Shown piece by piece: positions 13,501-27,800 of a stretch of 64,000 bases of DNA. The DNA comes from Balanoglossus misakiensis (Eukaryota > Animalia > Hemichordata), in NCBI GenBank assembly GCA_040954595.2, contig CM082581.2, positions 12,719,821 to 12,783,820 on the forward strand. Direction: 5' to 3'. Every line of letters begins with the position of its first letter. The first letter of the stretch is position 1. The notes beneath the pieces were generated by a model, which searched no databases, was not told the DNA's origin, and worked only from the letters and a program-made list of their open reading frames with translations. The position numbers were made by a program, and so were the translations under genes.

Positions 13501-16500
13501 CTTCTTGGCAAAGTGCCCTCCTACAAGCTATTTCGCCCAGCTCATTTTACTGGAAATGGACTCAAATTTGGCAGAAACTTCTGCCGCACAGGTAATGTGG
13601 CCTAATGAGGCGCCATTTGCTCTACATCCATGATACTGCCCTGTGATGTTTTGTGCGCTGAGTCACTGTATTCTATTTCTTTTGCAGTGTTGATCTCAAA
13701 GAGGAGGGAGGAAACTACATTAACTCTCAACTGTCAGGAGTCTGGCCATGGCTAAAAATTCTGAGGGTTATATTCACAAGATATTATTCAGTAACACAGG
13801 CAGGGTTTACATTATGGATAAAATTATGATTACTGATACTACTAAGAACGAACTCCAATAATACTCCTCCATCTTGAAATGAAAATGTATACTGTAGACC
13901 AAATATGATATTTCAGCTAGTCATCAAGCGGTCAAATTATATATCTGGGGACGAGAATTAAAATCAAGAAGGTTCCCCCGAGATCATCAAATGAGCAGTC
14001 CCCCGTGGAAAATTTGCTTCAGAAACCCATTTCAAAACAGAATTTACTGTTGCAGAACTCATTTACACACACATTTAGATTCCTACAATACAATTGCTTT
14101 CATCCCAACCTGCCTAAATGGACTCAAAATGTCAGAAAAGGGTTTCAATTTTTCAGCAAAGTCATGCATGAATTGCCTTCTCTAGCTGATTTATTGTACC
14201 AGGTTGACTGAAACATTTTCATTTTCATTAGAATTCAAGTGATGATTTATGATGTGTCTTAGCAACAACACAAAAAAATACTTGCAAGACCCCCCAAAAA
14301 GGAGAATTCAAAAGCTTCTGAAATGTTGGTGAATGTAACGAAGAATTCAAATTTGAATAATCTTATTACCTGTATTGATTTCATTTCTTTCAGAGAGTAA
14401 TTTTATTCTATCATACCATATTCTTCAATTGAGAATAAAGAAAAATTATAGATTATTCGTGTCATTGATCAATATTGCCAGCCAGAACAAACCGTTTTCA
14501 ATACCAGCCATTTAATTCCCAGAATGCAGTGCAACAAATAGCATGCTTGTTTCTCCAGGCATGGCGCAGGAATACTATGAATGACTTAAGTAATATTTCG
14601 GGTCTTGACCTGAAAATGGTGACATGAGGTCGAGTATGCAGCATAGATTCCAAATGAAGAATTTCATTTATACTCGTATAACTCTAATTGTTGGCGAAAA
14701 TCCCAGGAAAAAGGTTCTTCATGATATCTGAATTACAATCAAGGATTATGATCTGATTTGTGGATTTCAGTACGGATTTTCTGCCAAAAGTAGAAACGTT
14801 TAAAATTGAAAATGGTTGAATGAAAACAGGTTGGAGAGTAACCCTTTTTTACTTCTCAGAATGACCTGACTACAACAACATATAACAGGGCTTTCATTTT
14901 TTCTACAAATTTGTCCCTGGTGTGATCCAAATCAGGAAATATGAGCTGGGGGTATCGGTATGCAAATGCTGGAGGCATTTTCACACCTATGGATATATAC
15001 CATTCCATTTTCAATCCATAATGCAATAAATCACTATGGAAAACATCACTCATGGCCTCCATAATTAGAAAATTGAATTAGATTTGTACATCGTTACAAG
15101 TGACTATGGGTCAGTGGGCAAACACAGAGTGCTGTCCTGTGATTGGCTGCCGGGAAGGTCAACACAACCAATCATATTAAATGCCACCCTCAGTATGCGA
15201 ATGTAGGAACTGATCAAATGGGACTGGATTACCGGTACCCATCATTTCATGTTTGTGAGTGATCTATTTACTTCCTTCGCAATGTTCCATCTGAAAGCCT
15301 CACGTGTACGTGTCAAATACCAAGTCTCCATGCGGTCAGATTCACTTTTTTATGTCTTGGACATCATTAGAACAACATAGCAGAAATGACGGAAATTTAA
15401 ACCAGACACTCTTGAATAAAACGTGGCACCGAGCAAACACGTTCAAACTATTCTACTTTCACATCACTGGGCTGTGTTCAAGGTTACTCACAATGGATTC
15501 TGTGATTCATACACACAGACAACGAGGTCATCAGAGGTGACGCCTGTTACATCACAAATCATGTCTCGTCTCAGCTCTCAACACATTTATTTATTCCTTT
15601 ACACCAATTCTATTGACTTCCTCCCAGCCTCATCTGATGAAACGCAATAAAAGATGAGAGCGGAATTTTTTTTATCTCTTTCACAGTTGCTTCATATCAT
15701 TGCTGATGAAAGGAGTCGCTGCGGGTGAATTATAATAAATACTGACACGAACAAACAAAGCCAGCTGCATGATGCTGTAAGCCCAGAATATTGATTTAAC
15801 CATTTAAAACGGGGTGTTTCAGAATCTAACAAAACAGGGATGGTGTTACATTCTTTGTCTGATTACAGACAGCATAAAAACTGGCAGTGGGCTGATTAGA
15901 ACGCGAGGGTCCTAACGTGTTGGATCATTCTTGTATGAAATATTTTGTCTCTTCTGTATGAATCCTAATTTTTAACAGACAAAGAGTGACTAGTTTCACA
16001 CAGGTCTGTTTGTACAGTACTATGGTCTGTTTAATTTCACAGTGTGTGCCATTCTGCTCCTTAGGGTGATACAATTATATGCTTACAACTTGAGACATTT
16101 TCATACCAGGGGTCTAAATTGATGGCTGTACTAAAGAGGACATTAACACCGGTTTATCAGTTAATGATCACTTGCAATCAAACCAGCAGTTTATCAGAGA
16201 TGACAATGTTGTCGGCTTATACCAATACATCCGCGATAAATCATCTTGGAGGGCCATAGAACGTGTCCGCAACCAATGTGCATCTGTCAAAGGCCAATCT
16301 ATATAGAGGGACATGTGACCTAGCAGCAAGCAACTGCAGACTCACTTCTGACCTAATTCATGAAATTTCGTAAAATATGCAAACGCTCTCTTGCACTCTC
16401 TTCATCTGTGGTTTTGATATAATTAATCAAGAATATAAAGAAACTGGAAGAAAAACATAATATTTTCACAAAGTTCGAGAATTACAAATGGACCATTTCA

Positions 16501-19289
16501 GGCCGGCTTCCTATGGGGAAAGTAAAATTTCGCAACCATTACCTGCAGTCACTCTGTCGATGAAATGACTTTTTGCAAATGTGCAGGGCATGAGTGAAAC
16601 ACTATCACATGTAATGAAACGCACAAGCTGAAATTGAGATTTCAATTCTTCTACAAACGTCACACTTCAACATTCGTGCGTGGAATTCCTTCACACGCAT
16701 CACGAGTTTCACATGACAGTTTTTAGTTCCTAATGAGAGAATATAGAATACAACTCTTCATGTGGGGTTTCCCCATTCAACACAAAGACAGGATGCGGAT
16801 CTGTTTTCAGATGGCATTTAGCCTTTTATCTGAAGGTATCGGATATAGCGCTGATGTAAAAGCGCTGGGAGTGCAAGAGAATACATGCGCATGGGGATTG
16901 CACGGGAAAAGATGCTGAGTAATGGTCAGATGAGACCTGGTTTACAGCATATGCTGGTACATGTACTTGTCAAACATCATCTGGATAACATCCAGTCAAG
17001 TTGAATATTAATTAACCCATGGTTGAAATGGACTGCTTATTTAGAAATTATCCTATGTTTTCACTTTTCCACTTGGCATCTACTTCAACAACTCTGACAC
17101 ATCACACGTAAATATCACGAGATCATTTCCAGTAAAATGGTTCACGGAAGTCATTAGTAACTGTCTTATAGGCTCTACATCCGCTCATGTGCTTGGATTT
17201 CTAAATTTACATCGTGCTCTGAAAGATAACATTTGATAAAAGCCACACACTTGTAATTACATTGTTTTCGATGTTTGCAAGGCCCTGTTCAAACACAAAC
17301 AGCTGCTTTAAATCTAGGCTTTGTCATTAGTGACATTTATTATTGACAGAAATGATTTTACTTTGTTACAAATCAATCATTATCTAAGAATTATAGCTTC
17401 TGTTCAGAAGTTGAAAACATATTTAAACACCCAGTGTAGGTCTGTCAACACACAGTACTCCCGTTGGTCACAACTAAATTTGAGATGAGTATTTACTTGC
17501 CAATGATAGCATGCTGGCTATGTGACTGTGAGGTGTGTGACCAATACTGGACATTTCATCCTGTTTTATGTCATATACCAGAATAATACATTACTGCTGT
17601 CACTTTGACTAGTTTTTACAGAAACGTAGGCCATAACAAGACCATCCTGACCAGCCGTGTAAACCCATGGTCAACATGCTGGTAGTTGCTCTTTGCACGG
17701 CCCACTAATAGCATCAATTGTGAGGTCTGCGCTATTAAAATGAAGAGGATAATGATACCACTGTTAAACTCAGTACGCAGGACAACAGTATGCATGTCAG
17801 CGAGCTGTGGTACAACCAGCCGTATTGTAATGTTATGTCCTGTGCAGAAAATTTTCAAGCAGTATGATCCAAGTCTGCCATGTAGCGGTATAGACCTGTA
17901 GTGTGTGGTGCATGTGAAGTACTGTGAGATCTTATCCTGCTCTACTATAAGATCAGACAATCATTGCTTCATTTCCGAATTGTAAATTCATACAACTAGA
18001 GTGCTTACAAAGGTCATCTATTGGTACAAGTCTAAATGTTTGCTGAGTGGAGTCATTAGCTTCACATGCTTTTTATCTCAAAACCACAAAGCCACTCAGA
18101 TAACAGAGAAATGACTAGTTCAGAATGTGCACATAACAAATCATGGTATTTCCCCCAGAATAGCTGAAATTTTAGACAAAATAAAGGGAGATACACAACT
18201 TTTGAAACCAAGGAATCTCCACGAATTTGACTAGAATTGATAAATTAGCATAATTATTCATATATTCATACCCAGAATTCCCTGTAATTTGTCCCTCTTT
18301 GATTAGTTTGATTACAAGTAATTCTCTAAACCGAAGTTAAAGTTATGTTTCTCCAACTTATAAGTGGAATGTAATTTCTGTGTTGTTTATTCATCACGCT
18401 TGTAATCTCTCCCATATTTGAGAATAACTATCATGGTTTACCTACATTGCCTGTATTGACAAGACGCAAATGGCCAAACTTGGTCAACAAGAAATTTCTC
18501 AGGATCAAGATGGCTATCAGCAACTTATCATACAACAAATGTAAGTAGGTACACATTTTAAAAGCAACATGTCCACTGTATCCAGTTGTTATGATAATGC
18601 ATTCCTGTCTACACGCCTGCAAAGTTGTTTTATGCTGGAACTCATCAGCTTTGCCAAAGAACTGGCCGCTGGTGACTTGTTTCATGATGCAACCCCTGAA
18701 AGTGAAAATGATTCTTATTTGGATGCAAAGGGAAAAAATACTTTCACTTACCTGACAGTTTTGAAACATTACAATCATTAAATATAATAAATAGAATCAC
18801 GACCACAAAAGGTTCACTGAATGTCTGGGAATGTTGTACTTAATTGAACCCCTATCACTTTGGCTGTGAGAGGTGAAAATTACTGTTGCCATGGGCAACC
18901 GAATGGCATCGCTCATTTACATATTCTTCTGAGACTTTTGTACAAAGTAAACACTTCTGATCATTGCACCCTCATATTAAGTCACGGCTGAATGTCTGTT
19001 ACATAAATCGTGTATTCGCATAAGCTAATAAACTCCAGGTTTAGGACAAGATCAGTTTGGGGAGATGTGTCGATTTCAAGTACTGTTTTGAGGATCAGTG
19101 TGGGCTAATGTGTCGCCCGTTCCTTTGAGAACATACCTATCGTCAACACTTGACACTCTTCTAACACTTGAAACTTGAGTCATGGCTGATTCTTCTCCAA
19201 TATGATTCTGTCCTTGAAGTGACCTATATTCTATGAAGACAGAACTTGAGGTTACAGATATGATGGTCTGATATTGATAAAGCAGTGTT

Positions 19290-19540
19290 TCCTACCGCTC
19301 CGATGACGGAAGCCGCTGACGGTGTCCGATCGCTTCAGAAACAGATTTCTCAACCAGACATATCAGCCATGTGAACTGAAAAACAGTTAACATAAAATGA
19401 CATAAAATTCAAATGTCCTTTGCCGTTGTTATTAGGAAATTGGTTTGGGTCCAAACGCGGAAGTGCTTGCCCTTCGTCCTCAAAATGGCGACGCAGAACG
19501 ACATGGTAGATACTATTTGGCCGTGGGTAAAGTAATACCC
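19290..19540. promoter_or_regulatory. Candidate TATA-less promoter / TSS region upstream of CPEB
   Basis: Local CpG retention, ETS/GABP-type CGGAAGTG (19458-19465) and YY1-type AAAATGGCG (19482-19490), ~1.3 kb upstream of the CPEB ATG. Confidence 0.55.
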
Positions 19541-20817
19541 AAGTTCACTCATTTTTTGCGATAGTTGCAGCCTACATGAGATATTTCAAGAGCTAAACAA
19601 CGTTTAACCACTATATAAGTACGATAGGTGCAATATAAAAAGGCTGGGAACGTAAATCTGATCTAAACGCCAAACGTTGGCGAAGGTGTATTCCATCAAC
19701 ATTATTATCGTTCAGCCCAACTTAGGACGACTGACACCTTCAGGTCATAAGGCACGTGGGGTCTTCCCCCTTGCGGTTCGATCTAGGTGGAGCGTCTCAG
19801 GTCACCTTGCCTGCAATTCAAGGTGGTCCTGACCCAGGGGTCCTGACCCATCCATTCTGTTGATGACTTTGAATCGCCACCCTTGTTAACCAAAATGCGT
19901 TTGGTTTGAGGACAACATTGAAACAGTGAATATCTCTTAGAAATGCACAACCCTCAGAAACATACGACGTGGGTTATTTGCATGTATCCGCATTAAAATG
20001 TTAATTATTGACAGTTGTCAGGTCGACCAGCTGCTCGTTGATTACACGTCAATAGAAATAGAAATGTGTGAAACATCTATTGAGTCCACAGCTGTACGTT
20101 CGTTTGTCTAATCGAACTCGTCAATTGAATTGTTCCGACTATTTGTTTGCTGCCCATAATGCAATACCGGAGTCAATTTATGCAATATGTATGATTTATT
20201 CATAGAAATGGCTTGCAAAATAACAAGAATTTCAACATTCAGTTTTAACGTGCCGATGTTCGTGTTTTTCTTGCATTTTTATTATCCGTAAGTACGTCAG
20301 CAGTTCAGAGTTCCCGTAGGAAAGTCAGCTGATTATAAATTCTTACACGCCACCAACCGCTATCCTAAGCACATGACCAGTATCAACATGACCCGATCAA
20401 CATCGTAACTGTTTCATGGCACTCCATGTCTGGTCGTCGCCTACAATATTTTTTTTCGCTTTCACCTTAATCCGGCATTCAGTTGATTTTTTTAATCTTT
20501 GTAGTACATCTCAAATAGGAACGGACCTCTGCTATCTAAAATTTAAAAAAATAATTCAATGTTGTGTTATTATTTTCCCAAAACAGAGACTTCCTGAAAT
20601 CGCACATACAATTACGTAAGTAGGGGAGTCTTGAAACAGCCTTCTAAATAAGGAACTCACTTCAGTGCAGACGGCATTTTGTGCACCTCCAGAGTACGTG
20701 TGTGGTAAGGTTCGGGAGCACCTGCGTCAAACAGTTCAGTTTAGGTCGACATTTTGGAAGACGGAGCGCGTGAACGGCACCAAAATCCACAGATCAAGTA
20801 AGGACTGTTATCGCTAA

Positions 20818-21801
20818 ATGGGGGAATACGGTTTTGGTCTCAATACAAGTAATCCTAGGGCTTTGTCACCGATTGAGTTCTACAACAGCCTGAACACGAC
20901 AACGTCTTTGTTTTCCTCCGAGTCACCTACCATGCAAGATGATATGTTGGCAGAGAAAACTGCTGGAAAGCAGCAACCACAGCAACTCTCACCAGGTGTG
21001 GATCACAGTTCAGATAATTCAGAAGATTTGTCGCCGTTAGGCAGGTCAAAATCGGAAGGTTCAAGCCCAGTTACCGTTCCAGACAAGAGAAGCGCACAAA
21101 TTGAAACGACGACCTCAACGAATTCGCCATTGCAGTTGGGATATCAGGACGCCGGTAATAACGCCGCTCTTGCACCGAGTTTCTGGTCAACAGCGTCCGT
21201 TGACGACACATTTATGCAAGGAATACCGACAATGAACGGTGCCGTTCAATTTCAGAACTTTCCTCCAAACCCTGCGCCAATGTTTAACGCATCCATCGCC
21301 CCTCAAATAAATCTGCCTCAGCCTCAGCCCCAGCAGACGCAACCGCACAACCAAGCTCAGCGGCGAACTCAACAGAATCTTTTCCCGGCTTCGAGCAGTC
21401 AAGCTATATTGCAGCAGCAGCAGCAGCAGCAACAGCAACAACAACCAGCGAATATATACATGCAGCCAAGCAAGCAGTATACAAACTGGAGCAACCCACA
21501 GCAACACCAACAGCCATCGTGGGCCAACCCCCAGAATGTGCAGCAAAATTCTCCATGGGGGACAGTCGGTGGCCCACATTCCCAGCAACGGAGGTCAGCT
21601 CCAATGAACCCCGGTCCAATATCACCGATGAAAAAGTCGGGTCATCCGCAGCATCCTGTCATCTCGCCTTCAAAATTTACACGTAGTACGTCACTACCAG
21701 GAACGAAGGCGTATCATAACGCAGGCATGAATCCGAGTTTCGAGATCACCTCACACGACGACAAGAGAAACGACCAGCACTCGATGATGTCCTTTCATCA
21801 G
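20818..21801 (+). CDS. CPEB4: CPEB coding exon 1: Q/P/N/S-rich low-complexity (prion-like) N-terminal domain
   Basis: ORF from ATG 20818 (MGEYGFG..., internal MQDDML, PISPMKK, VISPSKF). Donor CAG|GTAAAT after 21801, phase 0. CpG/GC-richer than flanks. Confidence 0.93.
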
Positions 21802-24800
21802 GTAAATCCTTGTTCTCTTTTTCAGGAAGTGAACTGATAGCAGAGGACAGAACCGGCTAGCGTTCCCTTGAATCGCGTTACCGTCCATTCATTCTTTTTA
21901 GCTAGGAAGTGAGAATGTTTAAGGCCGTGAAAGGGGTTTCTTTATATTTTACAAAATCGACTGAAAATTAAATGGAGACTAAATTGTCCTTTGCTTAAAC
22001 TAGACGCACATTTACAAGAAAACCTTTGTGCGCTGGCGACTTATCATACTCAGAAGACCCAGGGCAAATGCCAGAGATTCTTGACAAAGGTCCACGATTG
22101 TGGATATCTTGTAGCCAGAAATAGAATGGCGTAAATAGGCAGGTTTATTTTCCCCTTCTGTGGCTTGGCCCCTCTGTAGAGTTTATTTTGTAGTTTATTG
22201 CGATATATTGAAGTCTGTGATGAAAATAAGTTTAAAAGCCCATCACATCAGCTGGGTCGCCAACGGGGTGGTTTGTGGACAAAAGCTGCACTTAGTGATA
22301 AGTCGGGACAAAGGTCGATGTTTTGGGTGAACCCTGGTCGACATTTTTAAGGGTTTCGCTTTTCTGGATTTAGTTCGAACAGTATATATCGCCTGGCTCA
22401 GTCGCTGTTATTTGAGTAATAAATCATTTTCCCAAGCTTTATTTTTTCTTCATTGTGTAAATTTAGCCATCCAAGTCGTCGATACTGCAGCTCAATCAGT
22501 CAAACAAAGGATTGTGCCCTTTACAGAGTTGCAATCTACATATGCACATTGGTCAACAACCCTTTGTTATGATTGAATTTAGAAAAAAAATAGTAATTAT
22601 TGAAAATTAGAATATACTTATTGAGCTGCGGCAGTTCTCATTGGAAAAAAATCTGATTTTATTGCCATCGCAAATAATATAAAATTTAAGTGGGAGGTAT
22701 AGGTAGTCTGTCTAGTGTGAACTTGCTATATGATGTGTACAGTTTGGAAGATATTGAATGCCATAAATATCGAATGTATGATTTATGCCATATGGTCATA
22801 ATGAGAAAGGTAATATTTCTAACGGCAAGAGGGGTTCATTGTCTAGTATTTGTGAGTGTTAGGCTTGGGTACTGAGAAATTTCCATAATGCAACATACTA
22901 GATGGCCTCTTTACAATTACTGACCAAAAGTACCAGTCTTTCTAATAATGTACACATCCATGTATTCTTGGATGCTTTCCCACATGCCGACTCTTAGACA
23001 GATGAAGCTGTCTAAAATTATGCGTGTATGGAGATAGTGAACATATATCTGAAATAGACGCAAATACAAACACGGACTTATTCTGTAGATTTATTCGAGA
23101 CAGACTAAACAGGCAAATCTGCTAAAGATGCCTTGATATATTTTTTCAGTAGCTGCACCTTGGTTAATATTAATACTAAAATTAAAATTGTCTTTTTGAA
23201 GTAAAGAAGTCTGTCTCATGCAGGTGAGATAGTGAACAATTTCAATGTTTACTGCTTAAGACTTATTATCAAGATAATAATTTACCTCCTTAAACATTTC
23301 TTTTGAGATGTATATGCAATCAATACTGAGGGGTTACCAAGTTGTTACGGATAATGAATTATTAATTCAATCCAATTTCAATGAAAGGAGTCTTTCTAAA
23401 GGACAACTTATAGTGGACAAGTCTTAGTGAAGTCCTCACTGTAGGTCACATGAATTTCTTTATTTACTCTTGTGCCTTGAGTGATAAGATGGGGATTGTT
23501 CACTTGTGCACCTAGATCAGTAACCCTAAATGCCTCTAGGCAAGCAAATAAAAGGATTGGGGTATAAATTGATATCCTTTACCTGAAAGCTTTAGAGCAA
23601 TCTATTAGTATTTGCACAGTACGTGGCTCTTTCTTGTTAATATCAAGGTGACCTCTTACCTTTACTTTGTTCTATTCCTGGCCACCATTGACACAGTGCC
23701 CTTTGTCTTATTTACCTGAGCTGTTAGTCGTACTGACCTGGGGTGATACAGCAAACACTGCCAACCCTTGAGGCATTTCAGTGTGCCCTGTAATTAATAT
23801 TTTTGAAAATGATTCAAGTGTTCATTTGTTTCCAAAGTTTGTATCGTTTCCTTAGTGTGTAACTTGGACGTGCTGTTTATTTTTTTATCTGGTAGGATCG
23901 CAATACCCAGACCTATGATACTATGAAGTTTCCAGCTTTGGAGCATCATCTAATGGATATCATGCGCACACCAGCAGACCAGCATCAGCATCCTGATAGT
24001 CATTTAAGAGGTTTGTAATGTGCAAAACAATTTTCTGTTGCATGTAGTACAGTGACAGTTTATTTCTAACATATATTGGTGAATTTTATAGTTGAACCTC
24101 CCAGCATGCAATGTGGCGTCTCTTGGAGATTATGCCTATTGTACTGTGTACAAGTCATGTTTGGCATTACACTTGTGTTCTGATTGCCCCAGTGTTTGAG
24201 TTTATTATTGTGGTGTGATTGTCAGCATTTTTGAGCAATTGGAAAATGATAATATTTACATCACTTTTATGACTTAATTAGTGGCTTAAGTTCTGTTTTT
24301 GGTGTGTTTGGGTCGAGTCGACAATTTTGATACGTGGAAACATTTCAGGATAGAGCAAAGTATGGCAGCGTCTATTTGTGATATATTTGACCAAGGGGAT
24401 GTAATGAGCTGTCACAACTGTAATATCACTGATGCTTGACTTTATTAATATACATATATTGGTGAGTGGTGACGAACTAAAAATACCTACCCTCAGGTAT
24501 AACGCATGACCTTTATACTAAATGCATAAACTCAATTTACCTCAAGTGCTACCGTTCTACGTCATTCTGTAAAACCACAAATATGAAAGCTGCCATATAT
24601 TAACTTGCCTCATGATTTTCCCCCTCTGATGTATTATTAGTATGTACTGGAGTAGAATTGAGCATGAGTTGAACAATAGAAGATACAGATAATTATAATA
24701 TAGTGATGTTAATTCTGATTTTGAAGTTAAGGTAAAATGGTTCATTTAAAATGAAACAAACTTAAATTCATAGGAGGCATTCAAAACTTGTGGTTTAAAC

Positions 24801-27800
24801 AGAGGGTTAATTAACGTTTGCCGTTCCTCAACAAGATTTACCAGTAACTGTTCCATTTTATAATTCAAAATAATGTCTCAAATTGGATGTCATTGAATTT
24901 GAATGCTACCTTATATTTTCATAGATTTGAAAGAAAAATAACAGCAGGGGTTGTATTCAGCCTGTCCAAACCACAATGTTGTATTATAGTTAGTAAATTA
25001 TTTTATTGAACCCACAGGAAATTGAAAGTTGTCAATCAGACATTTATGTAGTGTAGTGTACAGGTTTAGCCCACAGGGTTTGCATGGTTGTGATTTAACT
25101 TTTCAACCTAGCTGTGGCCCCTCAACTCTGTATTTTCACTCAGGTGAAATTATGGGGTACTAGCATTTTGCGTCAATAAAGCCATGAATGAGAAATGTAA
25201 ATTAACAATCCCATCAGTTTAATTAGGGACAGTCAATCATTAATTTACAGTAGGAAAGTAATTTCTCTGTATTCTTTAGATTTGAAATGAGTAAATGCAC
25301 ACACTGTGTGTTTTTGCCCATTTCATTTGTAAAGTAATATTTGTGGTAACCTTTTGAAATCGACATGTTAAATGGATATGCCATGGTCCAATTTACTATT
25401 TACTGTAGCAAAATAGCCTCTCAGTTGAACTGATGAGCCATAACATTTAATTTAGCAAATTGTCATGACCTTGACTTATGTCTACCTAATGGTAAGGCTT
25501 GATTTTTCTCCCAATGTATCCAGGCAAGATTGGCAATGTTGTGCATTAATATTTCAGTTTTGATCATGAAAGTAAAAACGAGGCAGAATCTAACTATTTA
25601 AAAACTGATGGTATTGTTTGGGGAAATAATGAAATGATGCCATCATAAATTTGTTACCTTTCTAAAGTACTAAAGTTCAACTTCATAAATTAACTAACAA
25701 ACTAGGTAAATGGTGAAAGTTCAGATGTCTTCAAGCCCTTGCCATTGATAATTGAGATGCATCATCTAAGATACTGAAATACAATCAATATTGACAGTTG
25801 GTTGTCTAAGCCCAAACTACATCATTTCCCTGTTATCTGTAGGCGAGGTAAAGAGGTCAAAGATCACATTACTGGGGACATTAGTAATCAAACATCACAA
25901 AGATACACAATTGAACATACATGGGACGATATGTACATGTACTATAAAGAGCTCTGAAGCTTGCATCATTTGATTGTTGGGTGTACATGACCAGTTCTCT
26001 TGATGTTGAATTTATCCTTGACCCCATCAAGGGATTATGAAAAAGGGTGTACATGTATCCAAAATTGAGGATAGAATGGGTAAGACTTGTAATGTACCGA
26101 GTGAGTGGAATTCTCACACTTAGAATTTAGTGAACAGTCATAGTGTGATAAAACATGTAATTAGTGATTTGAGTTCTGCATGAAGACTTTTTTTCGGATT
26201 TGAATTGGATGGGATAATATAACAAGTCAATGATAATCAAACTCCTGATTATTCATTGACAGCATCAGGAATCATCCCCTCATAGTTAATCAAACAAATG
26301 GATGATTGTCGCCAGTTATTTGATTTTGAAATTATTAATGTTTTAGTGTGAATTTTAAGTGGAAATCAAGTTGCTATGGTTAACAACCTCCACAGACTCT
26401 TATTAGTCTAATAAAAGTGAGTAGAAGGCTTGTGAGAGTCCAATATGGCTGTGAAATATTAAACAGTGGTCATTGTAGTTTCAATTTGCCAGCAATTATT
26501 CAAATTAGGGAATTTATAAATATTACATTTCAATACCAAATTCTTCATCGGTTACACAGTAATGGGCCTCCTTTGTAATTTTTTTCTTTCTGTAATACGC
26601 ACACCACTGTTCTGCTGCCTGTAATAAAACATGCGTGAGTCAAATGATACTTCATAATATGCGACACACTAGTATGAACACTAGTGTCGTGACAAAAATG
26701 AATTATTAACATTCTAAAAATATACAGTGCTCTGTATCCAGCCTTCATTATTGAATGAATGATTTTCTAGATATTCTGACATTTCTATATGAAGATATTA
26801 GAAGTTCATATAATTTTAAAGTATTAACTGCAGTTTTGCAGTTTTTATTGTCTGAGAATTAACATTGTTAAGCGCATCGTTATTAAAAGATCACATGACT
26901 GGTAAAAATTGAAGGTTTCCACTTCTCATTATCCTTTCTCCATGTCAGACCATGGTGAGACCAAGTTACCTTCAAAACAGAATTGATAATTTACAGTTTA
27001 TCTGGTAACAGGAAACCTGGTAATTGTTGTAGGAAAGTAAACATTTAATGATAAAAGAGATGTAGATTTCACATTATTAATTATGATGGCACGTCACCAT
27101 ATGGAAGCCTCCAGGAGTGGTTTCTGTGGCTATTATTTAGCAGAACTCTTATTTATCATACGTGTTGGCGTAGCTCAGCAGGTTTCCGAAAAATTCATGA
27201 GCGAGTTGCTGGTACCCATGTTGTAACAGAAGTATGCCGGAAAACTTGAGATCACATCCGGTCGTCAGGTTGTTGGTCTTAACTTGGTCTGACATTTTTA
27301 ATTTTTTCCACAAAATAATGATAACTTATTATACAGTGTGCATGATTCAATAATAATGACCAAGCTTTTCAGAAGGCCATTGTTGTGGAAATGACTGTCA
27401 TTATCTGCTGTGATGATAACTAATAATTTTACTATAATTATGGGGGTTCTGTAGCACGCAATTTGAAGCACCACAGTAATGGCACTGCTGTTGTTGGCAG
27501 AATCTCCCTGAAGCATTTTATATAATGGATGATTATTCATGAAAGATGGGAATGTGGCAGATGTTCAGACATTCCTTTACTGAATATATCTTGGAGATTT
27601 AGAACATGGATAGTACAAAAATGGATTTTTTAATAAATACCATTGAGTTCTATATTCATAAAATAGCCACCCAATTTTTACATAATGTATACCTTGGACA
27701 GTACCTCTTGTGGATTTGTTTTTGTTTTGCTGTGTGTTTGTAGTCATGCAGTCATAGTTCTGTTTGATGTTAAGTGCTTAGTGTCAGGTGTTCAAGCAAT

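Noticed and set aside
1-19290. Short ORFs of 60-140 aa on both strands upstream of CPEB (e.g. 4125-4529, 8598-8945, 13245-13433, 17616-17960)
   Set aside because: No recognisable domains, many non-ATG starts, composition typical of random AT-rich DNA, and no consistent exon chain could be built. Small exons of an unrecognised gene cannot be excluded.
21187-21625. Antisense ORFs with poly-Leu/poly-Ala
   Set aside because: Shadow frames of the CAG-rich CPEB exon 1.
21802-21837. C-terminal VNPCSLFQEVN* of the 339-aa ORF
   Set aside because: Read-through into intron 1 past the CAG|GTAAAT donor; homology resumes in exon 2.
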